Shown here: in pieces, positions 27,521 through 32,659 of the stretch
Layout of the letters: every line of letters begins with the position of its first letter
Numbering within the stretch: the first letter of the stretch is position 1
Source of the DNA: a virus
DNA: 32,659 bases
Direction: 5' to 3' (one strand)
Virus genome (UHGV): UHGV-0188647
Notes under the pieces: model-generated
What the model was told of the DNA's origin: nothing
Seen by the model: only the letters and a program-made list of their open reading frames with translations
Database searches by the model: none
Program-made: the position numbers and the translations under genes

Positions 27521-28578
27521 ACATTAATACTAGCTTTACTGGAATTATTGTGTATATTTTGGCAATTATTCTTTTTGCGTTTGTATCAATATATAAAAAG
27601 TGGTACATTCTCGATAAAAGAAATTTATTTCAACAGAAATTATTTTGGATTTCAATTGCAGTACCACTGCTGTCATTCATTTATTTTGGAGCATTTGCAT
27701 GGTTTGGTAAAATACCTGTTCTTTCTGCTCACGGATATGCCAGATTCTATGAGATAAGCAAATTCCCATTATTGATACTCGCAAGTTCTGTACCATTAGC
27801 TTCCATAGTAAATAACATTCACAGAACGATACAAACCGAAGCACAAATTAATTCATCTGAAATCAAAAATGCAATCGATAGACATTTTGCTCATGAGAAA
27901 AATTTCGTAGATAAAATTAAAGAAATATCAAGCTTTACGATGCAAAGCTTTGTAGATGACGCATCAAAATATTATAATTACAATGATAGCAACAAAATTA
28001 AAATACTAACAACTCATGAAATTAAAATCTCAAACCCATACTTATTATATTCCAATATATATACAGAATCGTCAATGGATATCACATCCAATTATTCACC
28101 AGACGAGAACTTTAAAAAAAGCATATTGTCAATCCTAGATACCATTAATAATAACTTATCAAAAGATAAGGTTACACCCCATTCAAATGCAGAAGATTAC
28201 CTTACCAGATTAAATACAATTTCATATAACATAGCTAAATTATTAGATACTTTATGCGTAGATTGTATCTCGATAGCCTATATAGAGTTAAAAATCAACG
28301 GCACTAAAATAAGAACGTTCACCCCTACAGAATCAATGTTAGCCGAATCACTTGAGGCTGCATTTTATCTATCTAAAAAGATATTAAAACTAGCTTACGG
28401 ATTTCAGCTTCAAAACTACAGTAATATATATAACTACTTGTACATTGGTGAAATTAAATTTGATACAGAACAATTTTCTAAATTTTTGCAACCATTCTAT
28501 TCTCCTGAATGGTCAGCATACGTAATGGAGAAACCGGTGACAGTTGATGATGGCGGCACTTTGGCGGCAGAGGATTAA
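27517..28578 (+). CDS. hypothetical membrane protein (353 aa), AT-rich moron translationally coupled to int
   Basis: ATGA start/stop overlap with int; 2-3 N-terminal transmembrane helices followed by about 250 aa of soluble N/K/I/Y-rich sequence; no family recognised. Confidence 0.6.
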   Translation: MNINTSFTGIIVYILAIILFAFVSIYKKWYILDKRNLFQQKLFWISIAVPLLSFIYFGAFAWFGKIPVLSAHGYARFYEISKFPLLILASSVPLASIVNNIHRTIQTEAQINSSEIKNAIDRHFAHEKNFVDKIKEISSFTMQSFVDDASKYYNYNDSNKIKILTTHEIKISNPYLLYSNIYTESSMDITSNYSPDENFKKSILSILDTINNNLSKDKVTPHSNAEDYLTRLNTISYNIAKLLDTLCVDCISIAYIELKINGTKIRTFTPTESMLAESLEAAFYLSKKILKLAYGFQLQNYSNIYNYLYIGEIKFDTEQFSKFLQPFYSPEWSAYVMEKPVTVDDGGTLAAED

Positions 28579-28663
28579 AAATAGGTAAAACAAGCAAATA
28601 CACAATAATACTAACACACTAATTTTAAAGATAAATACATGTTTTTATTATAGTAAAAATGGT

Positions 28664-28708
28664 ATGTAGGAATTTCGGACGCGGGTTCAACTCCCGCCAG
28701 CTCCACCA
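28664..28708 (+). other. ssrA: 3'-terminal 45 nt of ssrA (tmRNA), prophage att junction
   Basis: atgtaggaatttcggacgcgggttcaactcccgccagctccacca matches the 3' end of E. coli tmRNA including the CCA, as I recall it; the sequence upstream is AT-rich and unrelated. Confidence 0.75.
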
Positions 28709-28754
28709 AAATTCTCCATCGGTGATTACCAGAGTCATCCGATGAAGTCCTAAG

Positions 28755-28788
28755 AGCCCGCACGGCGCAAGCCCTGCGGGCTTTTTTG
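28755..28788 (+). terminator. rho-independent terminator (native ssrA terminator-like)
   Basis: Long GC hairpin agcccgca...tgcgggct with a GCAA tetraloop, followed by TTTTTT. Confidence 0.55.
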
Positions 28789-28913
28789 TGCCCTCAATTT
28801 GTCCCGCGAAGTCCGAAGAAAACTAATTAAATCCGATCCTTTTAGGCACCTTGTTAGGCACCTCATAAAGCTTTATTGTTTTTTGAGGTGCCTAAAACTA
28901 TGGAAACCCGGCA

Positions 28914-30155
28914 ATGGCAAGACAAACCAAACCTCTATCCGTTAAAGAAATAGAATCAGCCAAACCCAAGGAGGCGGACTACGTTCTCTATGATGGCGAT
29001 GGCCTTGAGCTACTCATTAAATCCAGCGGGAGTAAAATCTGGCAGTTTCGCTACATTCGCCCTGTCACCAAGAAACGAGCAAAGAAGAGCATAGGCTCCT
29101 ACCCGTCAGTTACCCTTGCCGATGCCAGAAACTACCGTGCAGAGTCCCGCTCACTACTGGCTAAACAGATCGATCCGCAGGAACATCAGCAAGAACAATT
29201 GCGCAGTTCGCTGGAAGCCAAAACCAACACTTTCCAACTCGTAGCTGAACGTTGGTGGAATGTGAAGAAAGCCAGTGTGACAGAGGACTATGCGGAAGAT
29301 ATCTGGCGCTCTCTTGAAAGAGACGTCTTTCCTGCGATTGGCGACGTTAGCGTTACAGATATTAAAGCTCATACACTGGTTCAGGCCGTACAACCGGTTC
29401 AGGCCAGAGGAGCACTGGAAACTGTTCGTCGCCTGTGCCAACGTATTAATGAGGTCATGATCTATGCCCAGAACACAGGGCTGATTGATGCTGTTCCCAG
29501 CGTTAATATCGGTAAAGCCTTCGAGAAGCCTCAGAAAAAGAACATGCCCAGCATTCGACCGGATCAGCTACCTCAGTTAATGCAGACGATGCGAACAGCC
29601 AGCATTAGCCTTTCCACACGCTGCCTGTTCATGTGGCAACTTCTTACTATTACCCGCCCTGCCGAAGCGGCTGAAGCTCTCTGGGAAGAGGTAGACATAG
29701 AAGCGCGAGAGTGGAAGATTCCTGCAGCACGCATGAAAATGAACCGCGACCATACTGTTCCATTGTCAGATGAAGCAATTGCGATACTAGAGATGATGAA
29801 GCCGTTAAGTGGAAATCGAGAATTTATCTTTCCCAGCCGCATCAAGCCAAACCAGCCGATGAACAGTCAGACCGTAAACGCATCGCTAAAACGCGCAGGT
29901 TTTGGTGGGGTGCTCGTTTCACACGGCCTGCGATCTATCGCCAGTACAGCCCTTAATGAGCAGGGATTTCCACCTGATGTTATTGAGGCTGCACTTGCTC
30001 ATGTGGATAAGAATGAGGTTCGTCGTGCGTATAACCGTAGTGATTATCTTGAGCAGCGACGGCCTATGATGCAGTGGTGGGCTGATTTTGTGATGGCTGC
30101 AGATCACGGTAGTATGATTGAAGGAGGGATAAAGGCAATGCGGTTAGTTGGATGA
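28914..30155 (+). CDS. P4-type tyrosine integrase (IntA-like) of a second integrated element
   Basis: 413 aa; N-terminus LSVKEIESAKPKEADYVLYDGDGLELLIKSSGSKIWQFRY is the typical P4-integrase arm-binding domain; lies directly downstream of the ssrA 3' end as in ssrA-linked islands. Confidence 0.85.
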   Translation: MARQTKPLSVKEIESAKPKEADYVLYDGDGLELLIKSSGSKIWQFRYIRPVTKKRAKKSIGSYPSVTLADARNYRAESRSLLAKQIDPQEHQQEQLRSSLEAKTNTFQLVAERWWNVKKASVTEDYAEDIWRSLERDVFPAIGDVSVTDIKAHTLVQAVQPVQARGALETVRRLCQRINEVMIYAQNTGLIDAVPSVNIGKAFEKPQKKNMPSIRPDQLPQLMQTMRTASISLSTRCLFMWQLLTITRPAEAAEALWEEVDIEAREWKIPAARMKMNRDHTVPLSDEAIAILEMMKPLSGNREFIFPSRIKPNQPMNSQTVNASLKRAGFGGVLVSHGLRSIASTALNEQGFPPDVIEAALAHVDKNEVRRAYNRSDYLEQRRPMMQWWADFVMAADHGSMIEGGIKAMRLVG

Positions 30156-30235
30156 CATGTCGTAGCTAAAACCCGTTCTGTTTTTGGGTAGATTAACCTG
30201 AAGGTCTGCAATTTTAAATGACGCTGAAAGAAGTT

Positions 30236-30264
30236 AAACCCTGCTCTTAAGCAGGGTTTTTATG
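30236..30264. terminator. bidirectional hairpin between the integrase gene and the convergent large ORF
   Basis: aaaccctgc-tctta-gcagggttt stem-loop followed by ttttat. Confidence 0.45.
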
Positions 30265-30293
30265 ATTTATTCTAATTTTGGTTTTGAATCTTT

Positions 30294-32597
30294 CTATTTT
30301 AAATCAGCCTTTGCGGCTCGAATATCTGCGTTTTTTGCTGAGTATTCCCATTCGTCAGCGATTCTAAATAGCATTGCAGAAGTACGGACGCAGTGGGGCA
30401 TTGAATTTGCCCATTCTCGGTACTGCTCAGCTAATATCCTTTCTTGGTTTCCACCTTCGTAACGCATACGAGCAAATACCCCCCTTTTATTGTACCTACC
30501 AATTTGTATACCTTGCTCTAACTCATCAGAAGATAATATTTCAATGATGTGCCGAATTGCTTCATGTGGCCAGGAATTATCTACTGAGCTATTAGGGGCA
30601 TGTGCCAGAATTTTTCCTATTACATGATCAGTGATTTCTTGGCGATGATGCAATTTTGCTAAATGGCGTACATTCTCACACCAATCTTCAAGTTTATCTT
30701 GATCAATTTCATTGTCTATCTGCCCTGGTAGTATTCGTAATTTTTCAAGTAATCTGTATATAGAAGTAGCTCTTTTAACTTCCAACTCCGATGGTTCTGT
30801 TTGTTCATCTTCGTCACTACGATATACAATACATATTGCTTCTATAAAAACCTCTGGCTTTTTCATCATTAGACGATGCAGGATAAGTGGCTCATCGCTA
30901 TCCGGAAAACAAGGCAAGTAGGTCATTTCTTTAAATGCCAAATCTGTTTCAGAAACATCGTTACGTTGTTTGAGTTCATCAAAAACTTTTTTTACATAGT
31001 ACGATAGCATTGTATCAAATTGGATATCCTGGCTATTTATTTCTTTAACGACTATATCTAGAAGATATAAAAGTGTTGTAGATGGAATCTCAGAAAGGCG
31101 TTGATTTGCTGATATAATAGCAGCAAGACCCCGGCCCCTTTCTATATATTTATCCATAAGAACAAATAAATCCGAAGTTTTACCCATCATTGCAATGGGT
31201 TGTTTTTGCAACCAATATTTTTCGTTGATGTTATCTTCAAACCCTTCAATAATGCTCCATATCTCTTGTGAGTCTCTTAACGATGCTAAGATTTTCCCAG
31301 CCCTATCAGGGGTAATTTTAAACTGTTTAAAATACACTTTTATTTTATTAAGCCATTCAGCACCAAAGCATTCAACACCATATTGCATTAACAACCCACA
31401 AACTTCATCAATATTTTTTTTGTTGTTAATAAGCATTACAAACAAATCATTTAATTTTTCTTCATCCAACGAGAGTGCTGATATATGCCTTGCTGCAATA
31501 AAAACATTATTAACTTGTTGAAAAAGGTCTTTCACCCCAGACAAACCTAAAGTAAAGTATATTTCCCTAAGTTTTTCACTTCGCATTTCTTCGACAGAAG
31601 AAAAAATTCCGCCAGCATTTTCAATTGACTCTTCAATATCAGAATCCCAATCATTGAAAATCCATAAACTGGCTCTAACCATGTCAATTGGTTTATAATT
31701 ATCAAGTATTTTCGCTATTTTTTCCATAGACTCAAATTTAAATGCCCAGTTCGCATCTGAATATTTTTTATGGCGAGAATACTCATGACGCAAAGCCTCC
31801 CATACGATGAACTGATCCTCTTCAGTTTGTTGAGAAAGGCAAAGTTCAAGATGAGAAAGTGTTTCATCTATTGCATTCTCAGGGAATGAGCTTAAATGAG
31901 AGATTAGGATTTCCCATCTTGTTGGGAGTATACCTGCAAGTTTAATTGCTTCTTGGATAATAAAGATTTGCCCCTCCCAAACAACGCCCCACGTTAGTTT
32001 TTCTACATCTTTATCCGACTCTCTGAACTTCATTTTTTGGTTTTGATCAGAGGTATCATGGGAGCGAGGAAGGAGATTTTGTAACAAACTCCACCCAATA
32101 CTAGGAACAATAGTGATAATTTTTTTTATAATTGCATTTCTAACTTTTACTGGTGCCCATGTATTAGGAGACCATGCCAGAAAAATGGTTCTTAAACTAT
32201 TAAGAGGGCGATCTGAGTAAGTTCCTCCGGGATCTATTACAGCGAGTTTTGCAAGACAGATTGCAGCGCGTAATAGATATGTTTGTTCCCAAGCCAAGGC
32301 TTCCAATGCCCATTTTAATCCATGATAATGACTTCGAGGAGTTAACAGCCCTTTATCTTCATTGAATATTGGAGCAATCATTTCCCCATTGCCCTTAAGC
32401 AATTGCTCAAGGGCATCAAGGAAAGGGCCAGGGGCAGCTTCTGCCAGCAGCGGAAGTTGATCTCGCAAACTAACAAATAGTCGATGGTCGTTAGCAAGTC
32501 CCGGAATACTCTGAACTATTTTGTTAACAAAATCTTGGGGTGTCATACCAGTAACCCGGAATTCGGCCTGTTCATGTAATATGATCTTACCCAGCAA
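30294..32597 (-). CDS. large hypothetical protein (767 aa), AT-rich island cargo
   Basis: Long uninterrupted AT-rich ORF convergent with the P4-type integrase; no Walker A or other motif recognised; the start may be the Met at 32597 or the internal Met at residue 17. Confidence 0.6.
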   Translation of the reverse strand: MLGKIILHEQAEFRVTGMTPQDFVNKIVQSIPGLANDHRLFVSLRDQLPLLAEAAPGPFLDALEQLLKGNGEMIAPIFNEDKGLLTPRSHYHGLKWALEALAWEQTYLLRAAICLAKLAVIDPGGTYSDRPLNSLRTIFLAWSPNTWAPVKVRNAIIKKIITIVPSIGWSLLQNLLPRSHDTSDQNQKMKFRESDKDVEKLTWGVVWEGQIFIIQEAIKLAGILPTRWEILISHLSSFPENAIDETLSHLELCLSQQTEEDQFIVWEALRHEYSRHKKYSDANWAFKFESMEKIAKILDNYKPIDMVRASLWIFNDWDSDIEESIENAGGIFSSVEEMRSEKLREIYFTLGLSGVKDLFQQVNNVFIAARHISALSLDEEKLNDLFVMLINNKKNIDEVCGLLMQYGVECFGAEWLNKIKVYFKQFKITPDRAGKILASLRDSQEIWSIIEGFEDNINEKYWLQKQPIAMMGKTSDLFVLMDKYIERGRGLAAIISANQRLSEIPSTTLLYLLDIVVKEINSQDIQFDTMLSYYVKKVFDELKQRNDVSETDLAFKEMTYLPCFPDSDEPLILHRLMMKKPEVFIEAICIVYRSDEDEQTEPSELEVKRATSIYRLLEKLRILPGQIDNEIDQDKLEDWCENVRHLAKLHHRQEITDHVIGKILAHAPNSSVDNSWPHEAIRHIIEILSSDELEQGIQIGRYNKRGVFARMRYEGGNQERILAEQYREWANSMPHCVRTSAMLFRIADEWEYSAKNADIRAAKADLK

Positions 32598-32659
32598 TAG
32601 TGGACACGCGGCTAAGTGAGTAAACTCTCAGTCAGAGGTGACTCACATGACAAAAACAG

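Noticed and set aside
1-32659. Search for IS elements, complete tRNA genes and CRISPR arrays
   Set aside because: No transposase-like ORF, terminal inverted repeats or repeat-spacer array were seen; the only tRNA-like sequence is the 45-nt ssrA 3' fragment, reported as the att junction.

Overview
The window is almost entirely a P2/186-family temperate prophage of an enterobacterial host, read here in the reverse of the usual P2 map orientation. It runs from the tail tape-measure gene (cut by the window start) through tail, baseplate, lysis and head genes, the terminase and portal genes, a cos-like site, a LexA-box-controlled DinI-like module, replication gene A with an orphan Dam methylase, and a 186-type lysogeny switch with integrase. 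The prophage ends at a 45-nt copy of the 3' end of ssrA (tmRNA), after which a second element begins with a P4-type integrase and a large unknown ORF. Three AT-rich cargo loci interrupt the GC-rich backbone: a three-gene operon between the portal gene and cos (17824-19697), a membrane-protein gene translationally coupled to int (27517-28578), and a 767-aa ORF in the neighbouring island (30294-32597). The three-gene operon is the best candidate for an undescribed accessory, probably anti-phage, system. All calls come from reading the sequence and the supplied translations and from recalled family features; no database search or computation was run, and GC differences are judged by eye.
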